Source of the DNA: Octopus bimaculoides
Lineage: Eukaryota
DNA: 46,869 nucleotides
Direction of reading: 5' to 3'
Assembly: GCF_001194135.2 (NCBI RefSeq)
Contig: NC_068985.1
Coordinates: 125,019,731 to 125,066,599 of the forward strand
The notes beneath the pieces were generated by a model. It did not search any database, had not been told where the DNA came from, and saw only the letters and a list, made by a program, of their open reading frames with translations. A program made the translations under genes and the position numbers. Positions within the stretch are counted from its first letter, which is position 1; each line of letters opens with the position of its first letter. Of this stretch, positions 23,597 to 35,328 are shown one piece after another.

Positions 23597-23800
23597 TGGC
23601 GGCAAGCTGCAGAATCTTTAGCACAAGCATAATTTCTTTCGACTCTTTACGTTCTAAGTTCAAACTCCACCGAGGTCGTCTTTGTCTGTCCTCCTTTCAG
23701 GATCGATAAATTAAGTACCAGCGGAGCACTAAGGTCGATGTAGTTGACTAATACCATACCACCAAAACTGCCAGCTTTTCTCAAAATTTGAAACTACTAT
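23597..23800 (+). mobile_element. SINE family A copy
   Basis: GGCGGCAAGCTGCAGAATCTTTAGCAC..GTTCAAACTCCACCGAGGTCG..TCGATAAATTAAGTACCAG..AAATTTGAAAC. Confidence 0.8.
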
Positions 23801-23875
23801 GATGTAAGACGCTAGCATATATTTACTGAACATTTGTAAAGAAATGACTTTCGAAAAGTTTAAGACAGCTTAGAC

Positions 23876-24109
23876 CAGTGGTTTTAGACCCCATTTGATT
23901 CTTGTTTTACGCAGATAGACCCTCATATCCATTCGATGTTTTAAAAGCCCTATTATATTTTTATAATTAAATATTGTTAGGAATTGTATTAAAAAATTGT
24001 TTAAAATATTTTGTGTATTGCAGATGTATAACATACGAACAGCAAAATCTTATGTTGACCCCTACCTTCCCACAACCAGGGCCATATGGAACCCGTTTGA
24101 GAAACATTA
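23876..24109. mobile_element. hAT (Charlie-like) MITE
   Basis: The ends CAGTGGTTTT.. and ..GTTTGAGAAACATTA resemble CAGTGGTTCTCAAAC TIRs. The 8-bp flanks GCTTAGAC and GCTAAGAC (7/8 identical) fit a hAT target-site duplication. Confidence 0.55.
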
Positions 24110-24624
24110 GCTAAGACCAATGTAATATTTTTATTTACAAGATGAAATTTGATGGCCAGATCTTTGTGTGTGCTTTAATAGCAGCATCTAGGGATGCAAG
24201 TTCTTATTTTATAAGTGCTGTTTTTATAATAACCTCGAGGAAAACTCGAGTCAGATGTTTTTCCATAATGAAATCACAATACTACAAAGATTTCTGCGGT
24301 GTTTTATGATTTTGTTATGGCAGCACAACTTTATTAATTTGAAACTTTTCGGTAAATTCCCACGCTTACCCCTTTTTATCCTGCCACTTCATCGCAATGT
24401 ATACATATCTTATTTCCTTTCTTTAATTTTCAGATATTTTCCTATTACGAAAGTGCTGGTTATTAACATAAAACAAAACTCTACCATCGAAATATAGATA
24501 AAAATAAAAGAATTACATATTGAATTTCAGAAGCGTTTTCTATATTTTCATCGTTCTTTCTTCAAACTGAATATACTGAATATAAGTTAGATTGAATCCG
24601 GGTTATTATTTTTTTACGGTTTAG

Positions 24625-24736
24625 CCAGAGAAAGAAGAGAAGCTCCTGTGACGAGTTTTAGGACATTTGGGATTGATGGGAGGCAGGGAAGAATTTATTC
24701 TCAGAAGCGGAAGCTGATCCGAATTCTTGCAACAAG
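24625..24736 (+). CDS. Candidate isolated coding exon (unconfirmed)
   Basis: A pyrimidine tract with TTTAG acceptor and a CAAG|GTAGGC donor. Only one frame is open: RERREAPVTSFRTFGIDGRQGRIYSQKRKLIRILAT. Confidence 0.3.
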
Positions 24737-25986
24737 GTAGGCTTTGTACACAATGATAGTTTCTATCTGATTGTGTCTTATCAGTCTCACTGAAGCATAA
24801 AACCATATACGTTTTTCTTTCTTTCTATCTTTCCTTATATATATATATGCCTAAGATTGTCATTACTTTCTTGATATAGNNNNNNNNNNNNNNNNNNNNN
24901 NNNNNNNNNNNNNNNNNNNNNNNNNNNNNNNNNNNNNNNNNNNNNNNNNNNNNNNNNNNNNNNNNNNNNNNNNNNNNNNNNNNNNNNNNNNNNNNNNNNN
25001 NNNNNNNNNNNNNNNNNNNNNNNNNNNNNNNNNNNNNNNNNNNNNNNNNNNNNNNNNNNNNNNNNNNNNNNNNNNNNNNNNNNNNNNNNNNNNNNNNNNN
25101 NNNNNNNNNNNNNNNNNNNNNNNNNNNNNNNNNNNNNNNNNNNNNNNNNNNNNNNNNNNNNNNNNNNNNNNNNNNNNNNNNNNNNNNNNNNNNNNNNNNN
25201 NNNNNNNNNNNNNNNNNNNNNNNNNNNNNNNNNNNNNNNNNNNNNNNNNNNNNNNNNNNNNNNNNNNNNNNNNNNNNNNNNNNNNNNNNNNNNNNNNNNN
25301 NNNNNNNNNNNNNNNNNNNNNNNNNNNNNNNNNNNNNNNNNNNNNNNNNNNNNNNNNNNNNNNNNNNNNNNNNNNNNNNNNNNNNNNNNNNNNNNNNNNN
25401 NNNNNNNNNNNNNNNNNNNNNNNNNNNNNNNNNNNNNNNNNNNNNNNNNNNNNNNNNNNNNNNNNNNNNNNNNNNNNNNNNNNNNNNNNNNNNNNNNNNN
25501 NNNNNNNNNNNNNNNNNNNNNNNNNNNNNNNNNNNNNNNNNNNNNNNNNNNNNNNNNNNNNNNNNNNNNNNNNNNNNNNNNNNNNNNNNNNNNNNNNNNN
25601 NNNNNNNNNNNNNNNNNNNNNNNNNNNNNNNNNNNNNNNNNNNNNNNNNNNNNNNNNNNNNNNNNNNNNNNNNNNNNNNNNNNNNNNNNNNNNNNNNNNN
25701 NNNNNNNNNNNNNNNNNNNNNNNNNNNNNNNNNNNNNNNNTGCTAATCCCTGCCTCCGCCCTCACCGCCATAACGCCCCACCTTCTCCCCCTTTTTTTTG
25801 TTATAACAACAGGCACATCAATTATTGCTGTTTTGTTCCCTGAAACAACAACAAACAAAATATGAAATAAAAACTAGATAATTGTTCCTACTACCCCCTC
25901 CCCCCGATTACTCGACCACCGCTAACGTCACTACCATCACCACCAACCCACCACCTGCACCACATCCAACACTAGCACCACCGCCG

Positions 25987-26033
<47 letters not shown>

Positions 26034-26187
26034 GTAATAATTATACTACCATTTTGGCATTATGACGATAATAATGACTATTTCATTGTAACACGAGCAC
26101 AATGCAAAATCAACATTAAATTACTATACAAAATGATCTATCAATCTGTCTGTCTGTTTGTCTGTACGTCCATCTGTCTGTCTGTCC

Positions 26188-26242
<55 letters not shown>

Positions 26243-26319
26243 CATCTGTACCTATATATAAATGTGTGCGTATACACTTAGGTCTATATTTACATGTATA
26301 TATATACACACGTACACAC

Positions 26320-26360
<41 letters not shown>

Positions 26361-26974
26361 NNNNNNNNNNNNNNNNNNNNNNNNNNNNNNNNNNNNNNNN
26401 NNNNNNNNNNNNNNNNNNNNNNNNNNNNNNNNNNNNNNNNNNNNNNNNNNNNNNNNNNNNNNNNNNNNNNNNNNNNNNNNNNNNNNNNNNNNNNNNNNNN
26501 NNNNNNNNNNNNNNNNNNNNNNNNNNNNNNNNNNNNNNNNNNNNNNNNNNNNNNNNNNNNNNNNNNNNNNNNNNNNNNNNNNNNNNNNNNNNNNNNNNNN
26601 NNNNNNNNNNNNNNNNNNNNNNNNNNNNNNNNNNNNNNNNNNNNNNNNNNNNNNNNNNNNNNNNNNNNNNNNNNNNNNNNNNNNNNNNNNNNNNNNNNNN
26701 NNNNNNNNNNNNNNNNNNNNNNNNNNNNNNNNNNNNNNNNNNNNNNNNNNNNNNNNNNNNNNNNNNNNNNNNNNNNAATTATGTGTATTTCTTCTATCTT
26801 AATGAATAAAAATTCTTCGGATAGAATAAATGGGTTAATAGAAACCAATGTAGCAAAGAACACAAAATAACTGTAGTTTAGTTCCTGTTTTTAAGGCAGG
26901 AACTCCTTGAAATTTTGGGTATTTGAGTATATTTAAAAATTTATATATGTATATATATTTATATATATATATAT

Positions 26975-27003
26975 GATGGGCTTCTTTCAGTTTCCTTCTA
27001 CCA
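26975..27003 (-). mobile_element. SINE family B fragment
   Basis: The reverse complement TGGTAGAAGGAAACTGAAAGAAGCCCATC matches 44520-44548. Confidence 0.6.
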
Positions 27004-27050
27004 TATTGAGAGCAGAAGCGAGCTACTACTATTTCCAGCAGACGTTGTGT

Positions 27051-27100
27051 CCAGTACTGAAGAGAGGCAGAAATAGTCCGAAACCAGGCTGGTCTGCTGG
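27051..27100 (+). ncRNA. Type I hammerhead ribozyme, intact catalytic core
   Basis: CCAGTA-CTGAAGA-GA-GG CAGAAATAGT CC-GAAA-CCA GGC TGG-TC-TGCTGG: 6-bp stem I, stem III of 3 bp plus the A-U pair, GUC site, weak stem II with a 2-nt insertion after A9. Confidence 0.75.
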
Positions 27101-27287
27101 TCCTGTCACTAGAAGGTGGTAGAGGTTCTCTCCCCTGCTCGCAATATCTCGGATGCAGCTGTGCATCGTGAACCAGCTAGAGGAGATATCCTCTTGAGGT
27201 TAAAAATTCGCAGTAAAGTACTTCGAACGGACAGTCATGTTGAAGTGGCTACGAACATTACTTGTTCATACACGCACACACATATAC

Positions 27288-27496
27288 AATATTTGTAAAC
27301 AAACCAGAAAGACTGTGTAAGTTAGGGAGAGAAAGCTACTATGGAAGACTCATAGTATAATAAAAATTGTCGCTTCAAATCGGAGAATATATATCATTAT
27401 AATATATTAATATGTAGTTATTATTATACTATGAGTCTTCCATAGTAGCTTCATATCCATAACTTACAAAGACTTTCTGGCTTGTTTACAAATATT
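27288..27496. repeat. Foldback/MITE-like element, ~75-bp inverted arms
   Basis: 27289-27363 and 27421-27495 are reverse complements (AAGCTACTATGGAAGACTCATAGTATAATAA is identical). The spacer sequence recurs at 27655-27690. Confidence 0.85.
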
Positions 27497-27789
27497 ATAT
27501 GTAGTATTAGACAGTTTAAGGATATATTCATTAAATTTGGCTGAAATTGATGGATAAACGTTTGGCCCAATCGGATGCGCAAGGAGTCGAATAAGCATTC
27601 ATTTGTGGGTTCGATACTCATCAATTTTCAGTCATTTGTTTGTTTTTAAAAAAATATTGTCGCTTCAAATCGGAGAATATATATTATTATACAATTGTGT
27701 GTGTGTGTGTGTGTTTTGTGTGTGTGTGTGCGTTCGTGTGTATGTGTGTGTTTGTTAATAACACCTATAAGGCGGTGCTTTATCTCTTC

Positions 27790-29542
27790 ACCAAAGTGAA
27801 TGTAGCCTTGCCCAGGAGGAATTGATGTTATCAGACGGTATCCAACGTTCATTGGGCATTTCGACTCTGAAACGTAACACCATCCCATTAATGGATTAGC
27901 AGAGGTGACCAAGTCACTGCTTCTCATCTCCTCCTGGCTTCCAGCTTAACTCTTCTCTCTTATTTCAAAGCCAAGAAGAGGCTCTTCTCCCATCCCACTG
28001 CTTCTCCCATCCCGCTGCTTCTCCCATTCCGCTGCTTCTCCCATCTCACGCACAGCTACCATTCGTTCCTTACCTCTCATTCCAATTACTGTAAGCATCT
28101 GCCATGAGCAGGGAATCCCCTATAGCCAACCTCGACTGGGATAAGCCACACCTGCCATCCCTTCTCCCTGCAATTCTACAGAAGGTTCTCATATCTAGCA
28201 CGCTTCCGTTCATGGGCCTCATCACACCCCTCTTCCCACGGGACTGTTAGTTCAATTACGATAATTTTCTTAACCTTTTCAGACATCTGGCCTCAGGGTT
28301 GTATGGACAACCCGGGGAAACTGCAATCACTCCTCTAAGTCCACTTTCATACCCCATGGTTGAAATCCTTGTAGCAAGTTATGTATTCTCCTTGCTGACT
28401 TTACTGGTCTCTCTCCCTCTTTCATGAACTTAATAACTGTTGTTGCCTTCTCTGCGTGATGATGTTTCTTGCGCATTTCTTGTTCCAGGATGTGAGAGGG
28501 TGTTGCAAGCAATCTATCATGGCGTTATTTATATCTTCCTTGAGAAACTGCTATTGTGCACCCTGCCAAAATGTGTTCCAGAGTGCCCCTTTCTACACAA
28601 AGTCTACACAGCTGGTCTTCGCTCAAACTGGCTGTGCAAGTGTGTTGGCGTCGGGAGTGTGTCGTATACCGCCCGTAGTAGGAAGCAGACGTGAAAAGGC
28701 TCCAGCCTCCACAGATCAGTCCATGTGAGCTTCCTCTTAGAGAGATGCCATTTAGCCCATTCACCCTGAGATACCAACTCTACAGCTCTTTATTTTTTTC
28801 TTTCTTCCTCCTGATACCGCACCGCTTCTTGGGTCATAGCCTACCTCTCTCTGGTGTCTGCTTTCTTCCATTGTTGGTAATAGGAAGAACCAAGATCCTG
28901 GCGACCCCTGTATGTAACTCCAATGATGTAGCGTATCTCCAGCATCCCTTCAGCCTGAGTGACTGCGGCGCTAGCTACCCACCTTCGCCCAGACCTTGCA
29001 GTAATACCTGCACGTCTAACAAGTTCGTCCTTAGAGTCTCTAAACGTCACTACAGCATTACATTTTGCTACTTTAAATTCCTCCACTACGGATGACAGAG
29101 GAAGTTGTAGCTGTCCCCGATCTTAGGTACAGGCCTATTGAAGTGAATCTTGGAGAACACCTAGCCATCTTCGGAGGTATTTATTTATCTTCCTCTCCAC
29201 TCTTTCCACACTTGTCATCGGAATGTCATACAGCGTCAACAACCATATGAATCTTGGGAGCAGTCAGTGTTGATAGAGCCATGCCCTGAACTTTCCTGGA
29301 AGTCCTGATCTATCTATCCTCATCAGCCACTCCTCTGCTTGCTTCACAATATTGGTAAAATTATTTCTGTCTGACAGCAACTTGTCAAACATCTTTCCAA
29401 GGTATTTAATAGCATTTTCCTCTATTGATGGAATGGTCTCTCCTTGCACTTGCAGCCTGATTTTGTTGGTTACTTTGCACCCCGTCTGATCATCATGATC
29501 CTCGATTTTGGGGGCTTAAACCTCATTCTTGCCCATGTCACA

Positions 29543-29545
<3 letters not shown>
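27790..29545 (-). mobile_element. Hero-clade (R2 superfamily, restriction-like endonuclease) LINE, 5'-truncated and decayed
   Basis: WARMRFKP, IKYLGK, SGLPGKFRAWLYQH, CRLCVERGTLEHILAGC..SQGRYKWRHD (CCHC), IVIELTVPWEEGCDEAHERKRARY and VEVGYRG. A 17-bp unit is repeated about 4 times at 27985-28047. Confidence 0.88.
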
Positions 29546-29573
<28 letters not shown>

Positions 29574-30154
29574 TGTATGTATGTATGTGTGTGTGTATAT
29601 ATGTCTCTCCCCCCTCTCTCTCTCTCTGTATATATATATGTAGTCGGTATCCTTGGGATTAGTACAGTATATATGTATATATATATATATATATANNNNN
29701 NNNNNNNNNNNNNNNNNNNNNNNNNNNNNNNNNNNNNNNNNNNNNNNNNNNNNNNNNNNNNNNNNNNNNNNNNNNNNNNNNNNNNNNNNNNNNNNNNNNN
29801 NNNNNNNNNNNNNNNNNNNNNNNNNNNNNNNNNNNNNNNNNNNNNNNNNNNNNNNNNNNNNNNNNNNNNNNNNNNNNNNNNNNNNNNNNNNNNNNNNNNN
29901 NNNNNNNNNNNNNNNNNNNNNNNNNNNNNNNNNNNNNNNNNNNNNNNNNNNNNNNNNNNNNNNNNNNNNNNNNNNNNNNNNNNNNNNNNNNNNNNNNNNN
30001 NNNNNNNNNNNNNNNNNNNNNNNNNNNNNNNNNNNNNNNNNNNNNNNNNNNNNNNNNNNNNNNNNNNNNNNNNNNNNNNTATATATATTTGCGAGCGTGT
30101 GCGTGTATGTGTGTCTGTGCGTGCGTGTGCGTGCGTGTGCGTGCGTGTGCGTGC

Positions 30155-30188
<34 letters not shown>

Positions 30189-30842
30189 CATGGATTTATA
30201 GATACAACTACGTTCCATAGGATGATAAGCAGATAATCGTGTTCACAGGTACAACTAGAAGCAAATAGATCTGTATTCAAGGCTATAATAAGATTCCCAT
30301 AGAGGAATAGAAGTTCTAGGGTCATAACTACAAAAGCATGAGTGCACAGACACAATAAGGTACTAAGAGATAATTCAAAGATCTGAGCTCATAGATATTA
30401 TAAGGTTCCCTAAAATGAATAAAACACATGAATTCGTGTCGACTGCACGCTCCTTATCGGTAATTAGAAGATATGGGTTGATATACATGATAGGGTTCCC
30501 TAAAGATAAATGATAGATCAGAGGCTTTGATGATAGCGGTAGCGACGGTGTGATGGCGGTGGTGGAGATTATTATTCTGAGAAAATCAAATTAGATACGG
30601 TAAAGGGGTTAATCCTACACGCTATATTAGGAACCAAATCTTCTGCACTAATCATTTAGAACTACAATTTTCTGCAGGCCAAATTAACCCCAATAATTAT
30701 ACCCAAATTAGAAAATCTCACGTTAGGTTTCTTTTCTATTGTTTCCCTTTTTTCTTTTGTTCTAAAGTTCCATATTTCCTTTTAATTTCCTTCCTTCCTT
30801 CCTTCCTTCCTTCCTTCCTTCCATCCATCCATCCATCCATCC

Positions 30843-30875
<33 letters not shown>

Positions 30876-30959
30876 ACAAAAATATAACAAAAGCGGTTTC
30901 TTTTATTGCCACAAAGACACGTAATGAACAACGTAAAATGGCATCAACAATAATATTAA

Positions 30960-31088
30960 TAATGGTTTCAAATTTTGGCGCAAGGCCAGCAATTTCAGAG
31001 GAAGGGGTATGCCGGTTACATCGACCCCAGTGCTCAGCTAGTACTTTATTTATCGTCTCGGAAAGGATGAAAGGCAAAGTCGACCTCC
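30960..31088 (-). mobile_element. SINE family A, 3' part, abutting an R4-like LINE
   Basis: GGTTTCAAATTTTGGCGCAAGGCCAG..ATCGACCCCAGTGCTC..GAAAGGATGAAAGGCAAAGTCGACCTC. Confidence 0.85.
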
Positions 31089-32335
31089 AATGATATTACG
31101 ATGGAGTTTGGACTCTTAAAATGTGCTACGATGTGATGAGACGAGGAAAGCTTGCCATGACAGAAGGCATATGGTTTCCAAGTGGTGAGATGATGAAGGC
31201 AATTCAACCTGAATCTAAATATACATACTTGGGAATACTTGAGGTAGATGGAATTAAATACAACGACATGAAGGAAAAGACAAAAATAGAGTACCTGCTG
31301 CAAGTGAGAAACAAATTCAGCTATAAACTCGCGGTAGTTCGGTATGGCGCTGGAATCCTGAAGTAGACAGAGGAGGAGCTAAAGGAGGTGGACAAAACGT
31401 CAAGAAAGCTCCTAACGATGCATGAGAAAAAGAGAAAAAGAGAAAAAAAGGAAAACAAAGGAAAAAGTACAAAAAGGACACGAAGAAGAATTACGCATGA
31501 AGGGACTACACAATCAATTCCATGCAGCCACAACAGGTAGGATTGACTGATGAAAGGAACCCTAAACAAAAAAGAGATTGAAAGCACAATACTGGCAACG
31601 CAAGATCAAGCTTTGGCCACGGATTGAAGGGTCAATCTTAGGAATGAACAAGTATCTCTGCTTTGCCGCATCTGTAATAGTGTGGATGAAACCATTGCCC
31701 ATACCACGAACGAATGTCTTAGACTTGCTCAAAATCACTACAAGTTGTGGCGACACGATCAGGTAGCGAAATTGCTACAGTGGAAACTGTGCGGAAAGGA
31801 AACTGTTCTACACAAAGGCAAGACGTGGTATGAGCACAAACCCCAGAGAGTCTCGGAGTCGGAGACTAGCAAAATCCCCTGGGATTTTCCAATCCAAACA
31901 GAGCAGGTATTAGAACATAACATACCGGACCTAGTGATGGTGGACAAGGTGCACCACATACGCTATATAGTTGATGTTGCGTGCCCCTTTGACGCACGAA
32001 TAGTCAAGAAGGAAGGCGAAAAATAAAAAAAAAGGAAGATAAATACAACTCTCTTAAGTTCGAAATAGCCCAGTTATGGAAAATGAAGATGATGAAGATC
32101 GTGCCAATTATTGCTGGCTGCTTGGGAAGAGTATCAGGAAGTATCAAGAGGAATATAAAGGAAATTGGAATAGAGTGCCCAGTAGAACTGTTACAAAAGG
32201 GTTGCCTCCTTGGCACGGCCAGAATAATCAGGAAAGTATTAGATAGCTGCACCGTAGGCTGCAGGTAGTAAACCTGCTACGCATGCAGGACTCCAGGAGT
32301 TCCAACAAAATCTGTGATAAAAAGAAATAATAATA
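31089..32335 (+). mobile_element. R4/Dong-like LINE, 3' ~1.25 kb with (TAA)n tail
   Basis: FGLLKCA, KYTYLGI, AVVRYGAGIL, ESTILATQDQAL, CRICNSVDETIAH..EC..LAQNHYKLWRHD, WDFPIQT..EHNIPDLV..DVACPFD (RLE), KGCLLGTARIIRKVL. Confidence 0.9.
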
Positions 32336-33030
32336 TCAAGCACAAAATTGATCACTCAGCAGAAACAGATAAGTGAAGAATTTGCAATGAAACTGGAAAG
32401 AAAGTGTGGAATATTTTAAGCGAATTCTGCAAATTGTTCTCGAATTGATATGAGAAGGAATAACAATGTCGTCAGAATGATTCCACTGGGAAGTATTTAA
32501 CAAATTTGGATTGGGAAGAGCGAGAAAATGGTATGAACTTGAGCCAAAGGGTGTGGTGGAAGAAGTCAGAGTTAAGATCCTTTGAGACTCCATGATCCAG
32601 TGTGATGATAGAATAGAACATCGAATATAAGATATTATATTGGTAGACAAGGAAGAAAATGGCATTCCTGATAATAGATACCACTTGTTCTGGTGACAGC
32701 GGAATTGTCGAAAAAGAAAGAGTAAAATTAACGCGTTATGAATCTCTGAGGAAAGAAACCAAAAACTTTGGTCAACGAAAAGGATGTACATTGTTCCAAT
32801 AATTGTTGGTGCCCAGAAACGGTGAATAAAGATATTTAAAACTGACAAGAATGATAGGAATAAAAGTGAAAATAGAACACATCCAGAAAGCAGTAGTACT
32901 GGCACTGCAAAGACTTCGGGACTTGAAATGAAAGTGCCTCATTAGTTGATGGAAAGTGAACAACTCTTACAATAATAGCATCTCTAGCAATAAACTGAAT
33001 ATGTTATATATAGAAATAATAATAATAATC
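32336..33030 (+). mobile_element. Second, older R4/Dong-like LINE 3' fragment
   Basis: RICNETG, HWEVFNKFGL..KWYELEPKGVVE..KIL*D..IEHR..DIILVDK, RYESLRKE, IVPIIVGA. It ends in AATAATAAT. Confidence 0.8.
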
Positions 33031-33034
33031 ATTA

Positions 33035-33175
33035 TCCTTCCTGCTATAGGCAAAAGGCCTGAAATTTTGGGTGACAGGATTAGTCGATTACGTCGACCAC
33101 AATGCTTATCTGATATTCTTTTTTTATCGATCTCGAAAGGATGAACAGCAAAGTTTACCTCGGCAGCAATTGCTT
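33035..33175 (-). mobile_element. SINE family A, 3' part
   Basis: AGGCCTGAAATTTTGGG..TAGTCGATTACGTCGACC..GAAAGGATGAACAGCAAAG. Confidence 0.7.
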
Positions 33176-33229
33176 TTAGCAGAGGCACAAAGCCAAATAT
33201 TTGAGAATCTGATATGGACCATCTATTAC

Positions 33230-33287
<58 letters not shown>

Positions 33288-33325
33288 TAATAATAATAAT
33301 AATGATAATAATGATGATGATGATG

Positions 33326-33387
<62 letters not shown>

Positions 33388-33388
<1 letters not shown>

Positions 33389-33650
33389 GATCCTACAGTT
33401 CTTGTTGGGTCCTTGGGGATAATATCGAGGCATCAAGAAGAATATCAAGGAAATCGGAATAGAGTACTCAGTAGAGCTGTTACAAAAGGTTTGTTCCCTT
33501 GGCACGGGCAGAATAGTCAGGAAAGTATTAGATAGTTGAGAAGAACAGATAGTATGGAACTGTAGGCTGCAGACAGCATGCCGCTAAGCATGCAGGACTC
33601 CAGAAGTTTCAACTAAACCTGAGTTAAAAAGAACAATAATGATATAATAA
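33388..33650 (+). mobile_element. Third R4/Dong-like fragment (same subfamily as 31089-32335)
   Basis: Nucleotide match to 32090-32335 (GGAATAGAGT..CAGTAGA..TGTTACAAAAGG..CTTGGCACGG..AGAATA..CAGGAAAGTATTAGATAG; GCATGCAGGACTCCAG). Directly follows an (AAT)n array. Confidence 0.85.
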
Positions 33651-34303
33651 TTTCCAGCATGGACACAAAGCATCATACCGGATGATCGATCCCAGCACTT
33701 GACTGGTAATGTTGATAATAAAATTTTCTGTTGTGCTTTTGTAATTATCGCTTTTGTTATTTCTACAGAAATGAAAATCAGGGCCAATCTTTTATTTCTA
33801 GTGATTTAAGGACCAGATAAGAGAGGATGGGAGTCTAAGGGGCGGGAATGCCATGAATGGGAGAAATAGGGATTTTATCTTGTTGCTTGAACAGTAAAAC
33901 CCTTTAATTACGAGATAATCTTGTTAATCTAGGGAATGAATGCAGTTTCACCACTCATCCCTCTTAATTATTGCTGTCCTCGTCACAGTATAAAAGACGC
34001 ATAAATCATCATCACCATCATCGTCATCATCATCATCATCATCATCATCATCGTCGTCGTCGTCATCGTTGTCGTTGTCGTTATGTCTCCATCTGCTCTT
34101 TAAATCATTCTAAAAGAACAGCTCAGTTAGGACCCGATTAGGGCTTCTATAAAAATAACAATAACAAAACAAAATTTATAACTAACTTTACTTTTCATAC
34201 TTCCAGAGTTGCTAAAATAATGTTCAGTCTAGAACTGGGAGAAAATGACTAGACTACCGATTCTTCATTCATTAAACCTTGTCTACGTTAGAACCCCTCC
34301 TCC

Positions 34304-34306
<3 letters not shown>

Positions 34307-34342
<36 letters not shown>

Positions 34343-35085
34343 TCAATTTGTTTCCATTTCTTGTCGAGTGTCTTCCCGACACCTAGAACAAAGAAACTTG
34401 CTGTATACATTGGCAGGCCATTGAAATAAACACATCAGTATTGTGCATTTACAAAGTGAAGTTATGTGATANNNNNNNNNNNNNNNNNNNNNNNNNNNNN
34501 NNNNNNNNNNNNNNNNNNNNAAAAAAAAAAAGGAAAAAATAAAAAAAATGGAAAAGATGAAAAAAGAAAACGAAGAAAAAAGAGGAAGAAAGGAAAGAAA
34601 CTTCACAGTGACAATGCTCTTCTCAATACGTGTGACATACCTTTTAAACACGTGACCTAATGAGCAAGTCAGTTACATGTGTTCTGTGTGCTTCTGCGAG
34701 CCAATCTTTTCTATCAACTCCTTGAGCCTCTTCTTCGTCGTTCTTAAGAATCCAATGACAATTGGTACGACCTCACTTTTTCTACAACCTCATACTCTAC
34801 TTATCTCTCTCCTCAGGTTCTGGTATACATCTACCCTGTTGATTTCTTTTTCTTTTATTCTTGCATGAAATGGGAAGCTGACATCAGCAAGTCCTTTCCC
34901 GCTTCTCAAACATCAAGATAACTGGTCTTTTATGCTCTAGGACATGATCCGCTTGGATAGGAAACTCTCATAGAAGTTTAACCTTACCATTCTCCCTCAC
35001 TTTATCAGGTGCATCTTCAAACCACCCGTGACTTGAAGAAAGTCCATATTTCTTACACATTTTCCAGTGGATGACCATGTTTTGG
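34307..35085 (-). mobile_element. Fourth R4/Dong-like 3' fragment, interrupted by a gap and an A-rich insert
   Basis: IHWKMCKKYGL..WFEDAPDKVRENGKVKLL*EFPIQADHVLEHKRP..DVSFPFHARIKEKE..YQNLRREI..VVPIVIG. A (TTA)n array at 34307-34341 corresponds to a TAA tail. Confidence 0.8.
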
Positions 35086-35280
35086 GGCAAGAATGTAATT
35101 CGGCGAAAGAGCGTTTTACCTGCATATCTTGGGTTTCAGAAAGTGTCTACATCACTGCTTAGCACTCCCAGCTAATAATTTATTTACGGTTAGCCACCGA
35201 CTAGCCTACGACGTACGACGATGGGAATAACATGAGAGAGATTGTCTCTCTTATCAGCTCGCAGCCCCACCGTCCGGTTT

Positions 35281-35328
35281 CTGTGACTGAAGAGGAGATA
35301 ACCACATTGAAATATTTGCATTTCAAAG
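35281..35328 (+). ncRNA. Type I hammerhead-like motif at the tip of a ~100-nt hairpin
   Basis: CTGTGA-CTGAAGA-GGAG ATAACCA CATT-GAAA-T ATTTGC A-TT-TCAAAG. Stem I pairs at 5/6 positions, stem II is mostly wobble, and the site is AUU. Enclosed by a 17/18-bp inverted repeat (35254-35271 / 35337-35354). Confidence 0.55.

Noticed and set aside
27985-28047. CRISPR-like or other prokaryotic arrays
   Set aside because: The short repeats here and at 8925-8960 are head-to-tail with no unique spacers. There are no cas genes and the context is eukaryotic.
30255-30340. LRR-like motif LELLFLYGNLIIALNTDLF (minus strand)
   Set aside because: A single repeat with weak splice donors. Such hydrophobic patterns arise by chance in AT-rich six-frame translations.
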